Positions 1-14,240 of a stretch of DNA of 64,000 bases are shown here, piece after piece. A program made the position numbers and the translations under genes. This DNA is from Laetmonice hystrix. Taxonomy: Eukaryota. The notes beneath the pieces are model-generated. The model was not told the DNA's origin and did not search any database. It saw only the letters and a program-made list of their open reading frames with translations. The stretch covers positions 8,124,001 to 8,188,000 of the forward strand of contig OZ249436.1 in assembly GCA_965235115.1 (NCBI GenBank), written 5' to 3'. Within the stretch, counting starts at the first letter, position 1, and each line of letters begins with the position of its first letter.

Positions 1-396
1 CACACCACCTGGCTCTAGGTAAGCCATCATATATCCACTCACAGGCCCCAAATTACACGACATCATCGATGGCAATTGCCGTCGTGTCCTTTCCATTTGC
101 TGTGGTGCTCACTTATTTTTTGCCTCATCGACGGCAGTCCAGTGCTGTGATGCCCTTTTCCCTTGCTGTCGTGTGCCCTTCAGCTGTAATCGGCCATCAC
201 CGACAGGTCTCGATCCCCTCCTGATCGCCAACACCACTACTCCAAATTGTGAAGAGTTCCTTGTTTTAACTGTTAAGCCATTAATTCGAAAAAGTTTTAT
301 TCAACATACAAGTAAAAATATCCAGTTGATGACGGTTCGTGAGAATCAACCATATGAGTCATGACTTCCAATTCCATGCATTTTTTTTCCTTTCAG

Positions 397-466
397 GAAC
401 CAATGAAATCAAGAGCACCTCAGTTGCATTTGGAATACAGATTCTACAAACAATTAGGTCAAGCAG
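397..466 (+). CDS. CSNK1G: Casein kinase I gamma, first exon in window ([23 protein letters not shown]); upstream coding exon(s) outside window
   Basis: tttcag acceptor, G|gtaag donor; peptide matches the CK1-gamma N-lobe motif [21 protein letters not shown]. Confidence 0.95.
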
Positions 467-3220
467 GTAAGCCATTTTCCATTTTATTTGATAAAAAATG
501 TACGGTATTGAGTTTGTCAAAAATGTACACTGTTCGCATTTACAGTGTGGCTAAGCTGCTCTGGGGCTGGCAATACGCTCCTCCAGGAATAGAAATTAAA
601 GGCCCTATTCGTCTGAATCGCTTTTCTAGCTTTCTTTCTGTACTTATGCAGGTATCGAAATTAGCAAGAGCCCGGGAGCCGAAGCTCCCAAATTTGTTGC
701 CGGGCTCCCAAAACTCGCCCACACACGGGCCCGATGGGCCCCAGGATTTTCGGGGTTATCTTATAAAGAAAACCTAGATGTAGCTCTGAAAGTGACAGTC
801 TCACTGATAACTAGAATCATTCAACACTTCTCAGAACTCTTCCACCAAATGGGATTCTTTGGCCTTTATACAGGTATTTAGGTCATTCGTTAGATTGATG
901 CAGATTCCTTGAGAAAAGCTAACTTAGTCAGTAGGGGCCTATATTGGGGGGGGGGGGGGGGTATATATCGTCCAGGCAATGCAGGTTTTCATACTGTTAT
1001 CAACTTCCCCATTTTCATGCCTCAGGTTTAAATAATCTTTTCAAGCCATCAGATAGGTTGACAGCTAGTCAGTACCAGGTGTTGCATATTTAGAGAATAA
1101 ATAAATGGATGTCCTATAAACACTTTGCCGTTGGCATTGCTACATTGCTACAATTTGCTGGCATTGCTAAACAAAGTTGTAAAATTGAAGGCCTCCAGAT
1201 TTTTTGCCAGGCTTCCAGATTTCAAATTCTGGGAGCCTGGCTGGCTCCCAGATCTTTCTAACCCTGGTTCAAGTGGTTGTGAATCCCAGTTAGTACATAG
1301 ATCTAGGTATTTCTAAATTGTCATGACAGACAGTATGTGTCTTCATGACAGTTACTGAGTAAGTTTTATCTCGAGCTGCTGGTTATTACAAAATAACACA
1401 CTTGCCTGAGAAAATATTTGCCCTCCTGGTATCACTAGTTCTGAAGCACTCTACTGAAATTATTGATGCGATAACAAACTAAACAATTATGGTTCCTGGG
1501 CCTACAGAGCATCGGCCATGAAAGTAGGGAACTATCATTGTGAAGGCAGAATGAAGAATGGCAATAGACTTAGAATGTTGGTCAGGGTACATTGATAAAT
1601 GATGGCTGAAATTGAGAAAGAAAAACAATAAAGTTAGATGACTAAAATAGCATTAAACTTGTGTCCAGTGAGCCTTTTTGTCTGACCGGTGTGGCCCTTT
1701 CATGAATCAGGAGGTAAAAATGGTTATGAAATTGGAGCTTGGGGGGGGGGGGGTGAGAGAAAAGAAAATTGAACGATTGTTATTTTTAATATTGCCAGAA
1801 ACTATCATTTAATAGCAACGAGGCTTGTCAAAAATCATATTTGGATCGCCGCAAGGCCTCTACGTATATAGTTCACCTTTCAATCACAGTAGCACTACTG
1901 TGGTTGGAAATAAATGTCCCCCCATTCCAAGAAGTCATATATTATAATTTATATGTTGAACATGACAACCGTGTCCAAATCACTGGCTTCAGCATGTCAG
2001 CCATTGTCCGTTGACGTCTCAGTTCTATTAAAGTTCCGGTCTATATCCATTTGAGCATGCGCATGCTGCTGTCTGCCAGCAAGCGAGTGGACCGATCCTG
2101 AATTAAGGCCGGGGTTGTCGGGGCTAGGCTAGAAGCAGCCAGGGCGGGTGGGTGATGGGGGGGGGGTTAGTCCCACAAGAGGCTGGACGAGTAGGTCTAG
2201 CACACAGACAGGGAGGGCTCCAGGTGGTCGGCCGATGGTCTGGGCGCACCTGGGGCGAAGCTCATGGTGGCCCAAATCTGTGTCCACCCTGATACACCCT
2301 GATGTCGATAGGCTTAATTCCTAGCTCATCACTATCGATGGTTTCCATCTATTCCATCTGTCAACGTTCGCTTCCTTCGGAATCGCTCAACGCCACAAGT
2401 GTGTAGGTTTTTAGTTCCTCCCAAACTGGAGAGCAGTCGTGCTGTGATTGGTCAGACACTGTAGCGTCAAATTAGCAGACACTATGGCGGCATCCACATG
2501 CTGAGCAAGCTCCGGCACTAAAATGCTTGTATCTTAACTATTTGAGGACTGATTGTGTTAAAAATTTTTTAAACTTGCTCAGAATTTCACAGCCTGTGTG
2601 CCTGTCCTTTCCAACCTGGGCCTTTCTTTTCTTTTAAATATTAGTGCCAGGTAATATAATTTCTTTGTGTTAGGAATAGTGAATAGTACAGAATCTCAGC
2701 CATTTAATAATGTGAGCCTGTTGTCGTGTTCTTAAACAGCAGATGAACATTGACATTTTCTTGTACATAATCAGGCTGATGTTGTAAATGTCATTCATGT
2801 TAAGTTGTTGAGGCTGCCCAATTAGTGTGCTCAGAAGAGTTCGTACCCAGCCAGAAAAGCTCCTTATTATATGTGTGACAATATTGTGGGTCCTGCACTC
2901 CAGATCTTTTTACTGTTTACACAGCTATATATCTGCCTAGATACCGACAGCTTTCCAGTAGTCAGGTTTGACCAGTCAGTCCAAAAATGATTTGAAACGG
3001 AATGGAAGCTTAATAAACAACGGATAAACTGAACATGTTCAGTCATAAGCAACATTGGAAACTTTTTTTAGTTCGAAGAGAAGTTTTTTCAGTTTCAAGG
3101 ACTTAACTTAAAAAGTTAAGTTAGAAAGTGTTGTAACAAGGCTGGTGAATTATAAACATTCTGAAAAAGATATAACAGGGATTGAAATTATCGGGCACTG
3201 GGCGCAAATTCACGCCTGTA

Positions 3221-3497
3221 CAGGGGTGGCATTTGGAGTCGACCGGTCGACCAAGGCAACTGAATTCCAGCTTGGGCGACTAGACCTTCACAGAACACAT
3301 GCCCGGTTGGCGAGTAGAATATTCTGGGGATAGGCACACTTACCGGGTCTGACTGGGGCTAATTTATTGCAAAACAGACCCGGGCATCTGACATTTTCAT
3401 CATGTGGGCTAGTAATTTTTCATCTGGGCTAGTTGAATTTGTTACTTTATTAGCCCAGCTGGCTAGTTCCTAAAAACTTAAATAATTTCCACCCCTG
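3221..3497. mobile_element. MITE with CAG..CTG ends and 5-bp TSD CTGTA (hAT5-like)
   Basis: TIR caggggtgg/ccacccctg; ctgta on both flanks. Confidence 0.75.
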
Positions 3498-6400
3498 CTG
3501 TACGACCCAAAACTGCTTCCGTGAAGTCATTAAATAAGCAGCCTTAGTCAGAGTACTTATTTCATTATTTGCATCTGTAGATACTTTGCTTAAAACAATC
3601 CAAGCTCATTCTAGTCCTAAACGGTGTGACTTTATATAATGTGTGTGTAATACACTTAACATACGGTACCCATTCTGAACTGTGCCAAATATGGTAAACT
3701 GTGCCTTCAGAACGACTTGGTACCAAGTGTGTATTTGACATATGTACCAACTCAATTCCCGGCTCACTTGTGGGTTTATGAGAATGGATTGAAATATCGA
3801 ACAAAGTCAGGATACAGATTGTAAAAACATCCTGGATTTCCTATGGCGATGATCATGACGTTTCCCAAGGTTGCAAAATGATGTGATTTGGTAATTAGTG
3901 ACACAGAGAATACTTTTGTCACTATCTTTCGAAGAAGTTTGCTCAAAGAGAACCATGGCATATCACAGAACCATCATGCTCAAATTCAAAACCACCTAAA
4001 ACCAAAACCACCTAAAACCAAGTCGGTAGATGAATCAATCCAGGATTTCATGCAACTCTTGAGGATGATCCAACTTAGTTGCTAAACTCAAAACTCTAAT
4101 GATGGGAGATGTACTGAAGGAAGTCACGTTGATGAAAAAAAAATGTTGACCGAGAAAGATGACCGAACCAAGACACTTGAATTGGATGTTAATCATCTTG
4201 ATCTGTAAAAGCCGAGTGATGATATGGTGCACTGGAACAATGCTTGAGACTCCCAGAGCATAGTAATGAGGATGTTTCAAAAGTTGTGCTTCGCCTCTTC
4301 AATGAGGGCATGAGATTGAGAGTCTCCATCTATCGAGATTACCGACATTGATCGTATGCCCATGGCCCCAAACTGAAGGCAAAATACGGCAGGTCCAAGT
4401 GAAATTTTCTACATACCTGGCAAGGGCAAGAGTTTATGGCGCAAGATCAGTTCTCCAACCAGGTACCGTATCGGTGGCCATCAAACCCCTGGCAGATTGG
4501 TGAGCTACTCGTTCCGAGAAACGAAACACCATCCACCTCCAACGAAAGCCAAGATGGCGCCATGAGACAGACCAGTGATGACCTCTCCTACAAGTAAGGG
4601 GACCACAGATCTACATCAATGAAGATATCCTGAAGATAAAGTTCTACTTTATAAAGGCAAATGTATGGGAAAAAACCCCTGAATTGTTGGTCCAGTGATG
4701 GGCCATTACAAATCATGCTGTTAGAATCATTGTGAACAGGACCTCAACCAACAAGCACGCAGTGTAAGCTAACTTTTATTACATTGGTCTTGAGCAATGA
4801 TGAGAACAATTAATATGACATGTTGTACACCACAAGGTCCAAATTTACGCGTTTTGAAGGGTCATTGAACACCATGGTTGAAAACAGGGTAGGCAGGTAG
4901 ACCTGCGGCAGTTGAGATGTTCAACCGACAATGGTTTTTGCTTAGACTCGTGTATAACACACACTGGATTTTCAGAGCCCGACAGAGGCACGTTTGGGGG
5001 GAAAAGGCAGACCATCACGATCTTTTAGGGCAGTTGTCTACCCATAATGATAAATAGAGAAAATGTCTTGTATGGTTGAATAAATATAATAAATAGCGGT
5101 AAGTAATCTATTAAGGAGAAGATTAAGTAAGTACTGGTAGTCTGGTACTATTAATCCTTTATCTTCAATCTGATAATTGATCTGGACAATTAATTAATGG
5201 GCTGCCTGTTTTATCGACCAGTGTACCATCCAGTCAGTGGTCCTGTTTGGGAAACTTTAATACCAGTCTCTGGACACTGCTAGCACTGTCATTGTGTTTT
5301 TTTTCGAACCTGTAAAAAGTGTTGCATTTTCATGGTGCACATTGTCCCACGTCCAGGTTGTGTGTGGCGTATGTACAGTGCAGAAAGGTAATTTTCTTCA
5401 CCACCTAGTGACAGATGGTGGACCTTTTTCTGACCCTTGTCGTAGTGTGAATTCGTGTTTCACAGACTTTCTTTCTTCTGTCCAGAAAGAGGAGGTTCTG
5501 CATGCGCAGCTGACAGGAATCTAGGCTGAATGGTTTCTCTAAATATTGGGATGTGGGAAGTTGGGGAAAGGAGTCTGGTTGCCAAGTGACGTGAATGACC
5601 TGCACCCACCCTGCCACAGGGTCATGTCTGCTGCAGGCTTTGTCTATGTGGCTGAACTGTCGGTATTAGTTCATTTTAACTACAGACTTCTGAAGACGTG
5701 AAGTTAGTATCTAAATTCTGCAGTACTGAGGGTTGCCACTTTAATTTAAACATTGTTGTGCTAATTTGGCCTATCACCATGAAATTACCAGTACCCAGTA
5801 AACCAGTAAACCGTTATGCCTGCATTACGCTCCAGTTTCATATTCTGGACCCAGTGAAGCGGTATATATGCACTTGGTTTTGCAGTGACACCAAGCCGTA
5901 GGCCTTACTTACAGTTGCTTGGGGGCTCCATCATCTCTTTCAAGTACCCAGTAAGCACCTAGTTACAGTGTGGAAACATACATGTTTTGCAAGCATCCCC
6001 CCTGAGGGCACCTGGGGTTATCAGGTGACAAAAACTGTTAATTCATAACTGGCATTTATCTGCTGGAAAATTAAACTACGTGTACAGTGTACAACAAAAA
6101 ATATTACTGCTCAGGTTAGATGTATATAAACGTATTAAAATATTTTCCTGTTGTAATAAATAAATTAACTATCTGGAATTTTCTGTTCAATGCTTGAACA
6201 ACAATAACATTTTAAAGTTTATTCTGGGCCATTTGTTCGCACTTAAATGACTTTAAACAATGTGCGCAATGTCTGATTGTAGCTGGATTCTTCATGAGCT
6301 TAGCTACTGCTACAAACGACTTGGCCTTGTATGTTGTAAAGTGTCTGCATTCCTCCATCCATCATGTAAAAGACGTGTTTCAAATCTTCTTTATGTTTAG

Positions 6401-6980
6401 CATGCAATGAGTGGCCCCATCTTTGTTTGTCGTGCACTTGCTGATGGTCACCGCCAGAGACTTTAAATGTATTTTAATCTAAATTAGCCCTAATTCTCAG
6501 GTATTTACAAAGATGTCTTCAAGGCTGCTAGTCTGAATTAGATCATCAGATATCAGTTAGATATTCGAAAAGTAGTTTTATAATTGTTTTAATTCAAATT
6601 TCATGCGGCTCTAAACTTCCATACACTTTTGGGGTACTATCCACTGTGGGATATTAGATGCATCATGACTCATTTCATATGCCTGGATTAAAATCTAAAA
6701 TGTCTATTGACATGAGGAATTGAGGACACTACGAGGAGAATATCCATTCGCAGGCTTCGTATAGTAGACAGATAATAAAGAATTAATGTTTGCGAAGTAC
6801 ATGTACCATTTTATGAAAAAGGGAAAGTTAAGGTTAAAGAAATTTTCTTTTTTTTCAAAAGCTCAACAAGATTACAATCAACATGATTCGCATTGCTCAA
6901 ACTCAAATAGGCCTAACACTTTCCTATTACAGGTGTCAATGCATCTCTAGTAGATGGTACACTTTCTTATAACTTTAGAT

Positions 6981-8619
6981 GGGAGAATTGCAATATAATC
7001 ATACCATTGGCCGTTTTGTATCTTGTGTCTTAGAAACGAACTTACCTGATCTTTATTTTATCTCATATTTCTCCCCAATAGTAAATCTACACTGGAACAT
7101 TATATAGGCTTCGTTAGGACTAATATTAATTCATATACGCTCAAATAATAGGTTGAAATGTCCCACCCGTAACACCGTTTATCTCTAGGTTTCTAGGCTT
7201 TTTCGCAATTTATAATAAATTCTTTGTCCTTCTCTAAAAAGAGTCTGTATCAGTTTTATCAAGAATTTCTTTGGGTTCAATATGCTTTTCTTGTCATTTT
7301 CAATATGTGCCAGATTTTTTTACACGGCCTCATTTTGGCTTTCGTACTGTTTCCTCAGTTTTTGATGTCCCACCCGAAACAGTGCGAATAATTCAAACTT
7401 GAGTGTCTAGTACTTTTCATTAATATTACTAAATAAAGGTTTTTCAAGTTTGCTTTGCAGCACAAGCAAAATTTCAATCATAGTATCAAAATTAAATCAG
7501 AAAATATCTCGCAATCGATTAAAATGACGTTTGTTCCATCTTGTTTGTCCCACCCGTAACACTATAATCATGAAAAAATGGCTACAATAAGATTGAAATT
7601 GAAATTTTATTTTGATAAATCGATTAGGCAGTGCGAAGGTGGCCAGCGTTGTTTTTCTCTTCTTACACGCAAGTGTTCAGATATTGGATATTTTTCATTA
7701 ATCCGTCCCGCCCGTAACGTGTCCCACCCGTAACGCTTACTTTCACCCTAACCCTACTAATTTGGCATTTATCAACTTAAATTAGGATTTTGTGGCAAAC
7801 TCGATCCCTATGCAATTTGGTAATAATTGTTATGCAAAAATTCCAATGGTATATAACAAAAACGGTTAATTGGTCAGAAAAAGCTTGGTTTATTAGCTTG
7901 TGTTTCTTTTTTTTTGGTTTAAATTTAAATAAAATTATTTTTTTTAAATATATTTAGGTTTTCATGGTTTCATGTGGGTGATTACAGATTTACCTTTGCA
8001 AACAACATTGAAAAAGGTTACTTTCATGCAAAAATAATCCAAAACATTAAGATATGTGATAATTTGTCCCACCCGTAACACATAGAGTACATCTTCATTT
8101 CGCTAATTTACAAGATTTTGTGAGTAGTCTTAAAAGTGAAAAATAAATTATTCAAAACATATTTTAATTATATCATCATTTTAGATGTTATAAAGGTTGT
8201 AATGAATGAATTAAAATTTGTACAAAAAACGGAACTTGCTAAATTTGGAAATTTTTTCCCACCCGTAACACAAATTTTACAATTACAGAAAAAGTAATTC
8301 ACCATTTTATTCCTATTTTCATAGGAAAATGCATATGTACTAAACAAGCAAGTTAGGACCTTTAAAATAAATAGAGCCTTATTATTTATCACAAAGAAAT
8401 TTATATTAAAACCGTTACGGGTGGGACAGTAAATACACGTGTTCTTGTTTTCAGAGGTATGGTAATAATAAAGATGTTTAATAATAAGGTCAACCAAAAT
8501 AAAAATAAGGTAGAGCAACATGTAAATTTTCATATTAAATAAGTAATTTTGGTGGGAGTGAAAAAAAAAAATTGCCTAAAATGGCGCGCTTGGCGGTATG
8601 ATTATATTGCAATTCTCCC
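6981..8619. mobile_element. 1.64-kb non-autonomous DNA transposon, 25-bp perfect TIR (possibly Sola-like)
   Basis: gggagaattgcaatataatcatacc and its reverse complement; AT-rich interior with 8 copies of (tg)tcccacccgtaac; flanks agat/aaat. Confidence 0.85.
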
Positions 8620-10821
8620 AAATGATGTCACATGTTGTTTCTGTGTTTAAATGTCAACTGATGTTTTGCTACAGGGATACAGGCATTTATTGACCTGAAC
8701 AAAACTGCCATGCTCAAATCTTTCCGATTTCAGAATTGGGACCAATTAAATTAAGGGAAATCTAGATGCAAGAAGTAATAATAAAAATGGCATTCTATAC
8801 AAGGAAGGTATATCAAAATTTTAAACATTCACGTATTAGATATTTTAGTATTTAGAAGTGATAAATTATGGACTTGCATTTCACTCGCAAAAAGCACCAT
8901 TTCAAAGGTTTTTAACAAAAGCGGAATCAGCAATGTTCAGTGAACATAATAAGAAAAAGAACTTAATGGTTGTACGTTTCCACTGTATCAACGTCAGCAT
9001 ATCTGCCGGCATGTGTAATACGAGTCTGGGCTTGTTAGCACCATTGATTGAAGGTTTTATACTGGAAACGACTAGTGACCTAGTTAGTAGACGTCTGTAT
9101 GGAAGTGGGTCTCATGTACACAGGTGTGTGGACCTCAACACGTACTGTATCAGGGCATCATGCCATCAGGCCTTAGAACATTGATACGTCAGCTTAATAC
9201 AGCACACCCCATCTCCATGGGTAAATCTCACAGGGAAACTGGACAAGGCCCACTCACTCGGTCACTGACATTGGGGATCAGAGGAGCAGAGAAATTGTTG
9301 TACTTGCAGTAATCGAGTACATGTACTCTGTTAAATAAATTAACCCGGCGTTGCGTTCCACCCTAGGAATAATATCTATGCTGGACACAAAATGGTACGC
9401 ATCCATGGCATTAAGTGCCTTGATTAACGTGGGAAAGCTTATCATCATATATACTGGCCAGTGCAGATTATTACTGGGTCACTGCTTAGCACTATGATTT
9501 CTGATAATATGATTGATACATCACATGATAAATAATTTAGAATTGGAGAACAGTGAGTACCGGAATGGTAAAAAATAAATTGTTAGGTGATTTTACCTTT
9601 ACAAAAGTTTTTATTCACGGTGGTTTAAATGGTGAGGTGGCGGGGGGGGGGGGAGTAGAATCAGTAAGGGCTGGGCAGTATATAATTTTCTATGCCCCTC
9701 CCCCCCATCCATCCATTTTTTTAATTCTCAGGAAGATTATGACTAGTCTGTGACTGACTGCCAAGCTTACCAGTAGTAACGGCTGACCACGTGGGACTCT
9801 GATTTTGACATGCCTCCTGGCACATGTGTTTGACCGAGAGTTTGACTTTAAACTCTGCCATAGGGGTCAGGCACCAAGTTTGTTGCTGCCTGGTGGTTTG
9901 TCATCCTATGCGTGACTAACCTTGCCTTGACTGTAATTTACAAACCAACATGGAAGGATAATAGTACAGATGAAGGTCTTTTGTTACCTTAAATACACCC
10001 ATTGCATGTTACGGACTCCCAAGATGGTGACCACCTCCCGGTGTTTCTAATGGGATCCCCTGACCGGATGATGGAGAATACCATACCATATTTGGACTAC
10101 CAACATCCCTGTATGTTACAGGTCTCTTTGCCACACTGAGCGACGTAGCTCCATATTTCTGGTCAGACCCCAGTAAACGGTGATAATTTGGTAACACAAA
10201 CCATACTCGCCTTCAATAAGTCTAGATCCAGCCGATCGGAAATCTAAACATTGACTAGTATTTGTAAGAGGGGAAACACAAACGTTCATTGATCACTGAA
10301 CAGAAATGTTTTTGACACTTTTAGTCTTCTATTTGTGGGATAACGGAAGAATTTGGTTGATGAATTTGTCTTTGAGGTATACATGCTCGCTGTATGATTT
10401 TCAAGTTCTAATGCTTTGAGACACCGTCTTTGATGCAGGGGTAATACAGTGCTGATGTGGTAATGGGAGCCCGCCTACTATGTTGTGAGATTGCCAAGGA
10501 CATTGTTAGCAGTGAAGCACAAAGATTAATGAACAGCTGCATAGCAGCTAGCCACTGGCATTGATGTGGTTAACATGAAGGAGCTCCCATTCTTGGGTGA
10601 CCCAGCTTCAAATAAACCCTTGGGCTCCTATTCCGATACACGAACTCTGACTTTATGGGTTCACAAATTAGGCCACATAGAAGTGGGCCAGTGAAAACAT
10701 CAAAGAAATGAAGTTAGTAATAGTAGATAGGCTCTACAGCTATCAGATGACAACCTTTGCTTCGTACATACTGCCTAAAGTTAAAAGATTGGCATAGTCA
10801 GGACTTGGGCCAAGATAGTAT

Positions 10822-11193
10822 CAGTGCTGCTTCTAGAGCACGGGAATGTGGGAATCCCGCAAATTTGGTAGCATTGGCATAATGTACCGTGCGCAGGATA
10901 AGCCTTCCAGCTGATCCATCATCCTGTTGTTGGGTTTGTTTTTTTTACACTAAGGAGAAAAGAAATGAAAAGATTGTTATAAAATTTAAAATGTAAGAGT
11001 GTTCCTTCTGGAAATTCGTTATAGTATTTGTAAAAGCTTAACTTAAAAGTGTAATGCATACTTAGGCTTTGAAAGGGTGCTTTTCATGAAATGGATATGT
11101 GTCAAATTTGGCCACACAAACTCTGTTTGGCCCACTTTTTGAAAGTCAGTGGGGGAGATGGTTCCATTTTCAAAATTCCTAGAAGCAGCACTG
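10822..11193. mobile_element. MITE with 15-bp perfect TIR and 5-bp TSD AGTAT
   Basis: cagtgctgcttctag/ctagaagcagcactg; agtat on both flanks. Confidence 0.85.
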
Positions 11194-13227
11194 AGTATGG
11201 CAGTTTTCTTTGCATTCTTTGTACAGCTTACTTTTATCTTTAGGATTTAGAACATGGTTTGATGAATCTGAAAAAGAGGTATAATATCATTGGTTCTTCC
11301 TAAACTAGAAGGGCAGTTTTAATGAATTTATAAATTTGTACCTGTATGTCAGGGTTTATTATGTTTTTGTCTTTTACAATTTAAGTAATATTTCAATGTG
11401 GTGTATATTTCTTTTTCTGAAAGACAGCTGAATTCTGATTACATTTTCTGTATCCATGTCAAATGAACATTTTGGAAAATGGCCAGTTCAAAGATAAACC
11501 AACTGTAGTGTAAAGTACATGTAAATCTCTTTGACATAGATCTCTCAATAGTCTTATAACATTCCCTCCCCTAGCATGGCCTATAATCCTTTCTCCGGTC
11601 TCCATTAAAGAAGTAATGACTATGTACAGGCCTATAATCATCCTAATCGTATGGACAGGACCTAATTGTTTTTTAAGTCCTAAGTGTATTCCCTTAACAA
11701 TATTTCATACTGGGCAGGAATGGACATCACTAAAGCCATCAAAGATATTGAGGAAGCAAATTTGGCTGTAATGATGTAGAAGGGATCTGTCTTGTTTGAT
11801 GTCCCCTAGCTTTCCAGATCCATTTGATTTAAAGTTGATATTAAAAGTTTGGTGAAAGTGTGCTTTGATGATGGGAACCCAGCTGATTGTGGAGGGGACA
11901 ATGACAATTTCCTCTGTGTCTACTTGAGGATCAAGAGGGCAGAACTCATTTACCTCACAAGTTACAAACGAATGAGTTTATAGATGTCTGCTGGGATCAT
12001 GGACTCATTATTCAGGAACCAGATTTTCGTTACACTAACATACAGTTTCTTATCTAACCCGTATGATTAGGACTCCCTACTCCCTCTTGAGTATAATTTA
12101 CTATTAACCATTGAGTAGGTCACTCATTTCTGGCGGGATTTCATGGGCGTCCAGATGCCCCTTTCTAAGACATGCCTCATTTCCCAAGCCTGTGTGGAGC
12201 AAGAGCCAACTCGGCCCTGGACGACCGGGCTGGAGTGACCCGCTCTGACTGAGAAAGGAAGCACCCAGTGCTACTATAAGCATTGGGAATCGAGGTCAGC
12301 AGCTATCCAGTAGTTGACTTTATGGCTGCCTTTCATGTTGTAGGGTCACCATAATATAATAGTAGTACTAGCAGGTAGCGGTAGGCGACTTTGATTGCTA
12401 CCTCTGTCTGACTGTGTCAAGTGTCTGGGTCAGGGGTGGGGCGGGCGCTCCACTTTGGCACAGCTGAGGCGGGATTCTAACCTGACCTCGATCTCACAGT
12501 TCATAGTTTCTGTTCTTACCCATGCCGTAATCAGAAGCTGGCTATCGGCCTGTCCTGCTGCAAACAGGTGATATCCAGGGTTTATCAGCCTGTTCACTCA
12601 AGGAGCCTATGAGGAGCTTCTGAGCCACCAAGAACAATTGTGATTTGGCCTCCTTAACACAACTTCACGATTGATGCTGATATCAGCAGCAAAACCCTGT
12701 TTTCGATCAGTTCAGAGTCCATTGAGTACTAGTCTTTTTGGAATACCGTATTTTGAAATATCGAATAACCGAGTTTGTGAATATGAGGGCGTACCAAATG
12801 CATGCCAGGATACCAAATGCATGCCAGGATGTCATTTGAAGTCATGTCATGTTAACCCTTCTGTGCAAATTTTACTGTGGATGGAATGCTCAACATGGTT
12901 TTATACGGGCCGCTAGAATGGGATCATTGGAATGGTTCCCAGTTGTAGGCCCTTTTATTCTTATGAGGCATGGTCAAAGAAAAAAAGGCAGATGGTGGCC
13001 ACAGGGGACCCATGCTCCCAGCATTTCAATACCAGGGGAGTGGACTATCATTTACCCTCTTCCCCCTCCCCTCCAAGCTTTTACCTTGTAGTTACCTTGC
13101 TACTGAAGGGAAAGTTCATATAAAAATATGCCACTGGTTAGCTCATTTGTTTCAGACGGGTAGTTCATAGATCAGACTCCCATTACGTGTGATCGTGGTC
13201 TGCGTTAAAATGTGATCATGTACTTAA

Positions 13228-13312
13228 AGGTCCATCCAGAATATATAATGACGAAATTGCCCCCTACTAATATGAATCAACCTTACCCATTATGTGAAAC
13301 CTGGATGGGCCT
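13228..13312. mobile_element. 85-bp Kolobok-like MITE, TTAA TSD
   Basis: ttaa-aggtccatccag ... ctggatgggcct-ttaa. Confidence 0.65.
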
Positions 13313-13420
13313 TTAACAGGCCGTAATCTGGCTACTGGTCTCAGAAGTGTAGCGGAGAGCCTCTTTCTTAGTGGCTGCCTCGGCTACATTGCTCACGATT
13401 CGTGCTTACTGTGCTTCCAG

Positions 13421-13569
13421 AGGGAATTCCACAAGTCTACTACTTTGGGCCATGTGGGAAATACAACGCCCTTGTGCTCGAACTGCTTGGCCCCAGCCTC
13501 GAAGACCTCTTCGATCTGTGTGACCGAAAGTTCTCACTCAAAACAGTCCTGATGGTTGCCATACAACTG
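13421..13569 (+). CDS. CSNK1G: CK1-gamma exon ([50 protein letters not shown])
   Basis: ttccag/gtaagt; phase 1 joins the previous exon; [12 protein letters not shown]1 signature. Confidence 0.97.
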
Positions 13570-13854
13570 GTAAGTGGCTTCTTTTGAAACTAATCAGAAA
13601 TTTAAAATCAGTGGTCTTGGACTATTGGCATTACATAGCCTATATAGGTGAGCTCCTATTTGACATTAAGTTTTCAAGACAGGATGTGCACTATGTAGAA
13701 GGATGCCCCATGAACATAATGAAATTGGAGAAATAGACCCAGCAAAAACAAATTATTCGTTGTGAATATGAATTATATCACGTAGAAAGTTGCATCAAAG
13801 ATGTATACACATTCAAAAATAGTTACCACACTAAAACAGATCCTCCAGTCCTCC

Positions 13855-14240
13855 TTTTTAGCCCTCAACCCAAAGGGGCAGGGGCTTCTAATTCGCCCTC
13901 TGTCCATACAGACATATGTGGACAATAGTGACCAAGGCCAATCTACACATACCGTCTCGTATTAAATATCATCGCATAAAACCAGAACCGGAAATAACAT
14001 AGAGCAAAATTTATGGAGGGTCATGTGACCCAACCTCGTTCAAGAGATTTCAGACACAGTTGAATAATGTGTGTCACGTGCCTGAAAACTGACATTGTGA
14101 CATCACAATATCACCACATGCTTTTTCCTACTGTGACGTAACATTATTATATTGTATCATCACAGTCTAAGATGACAATAGTTGTTGCTAAGTGACCTGT
14201 CGACAGGTAACTCCTGGTGCTGCGCTCGCCTTCTAGGAAG
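13855..14240 (+). mobile_element. Possible Helentron-associated (DINE-1/HINE-like) element remnant
   Basis: ttttt-agccc..gggct short hairpin followed by tctgtcc; end uncertain. Confidence 0.25.
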
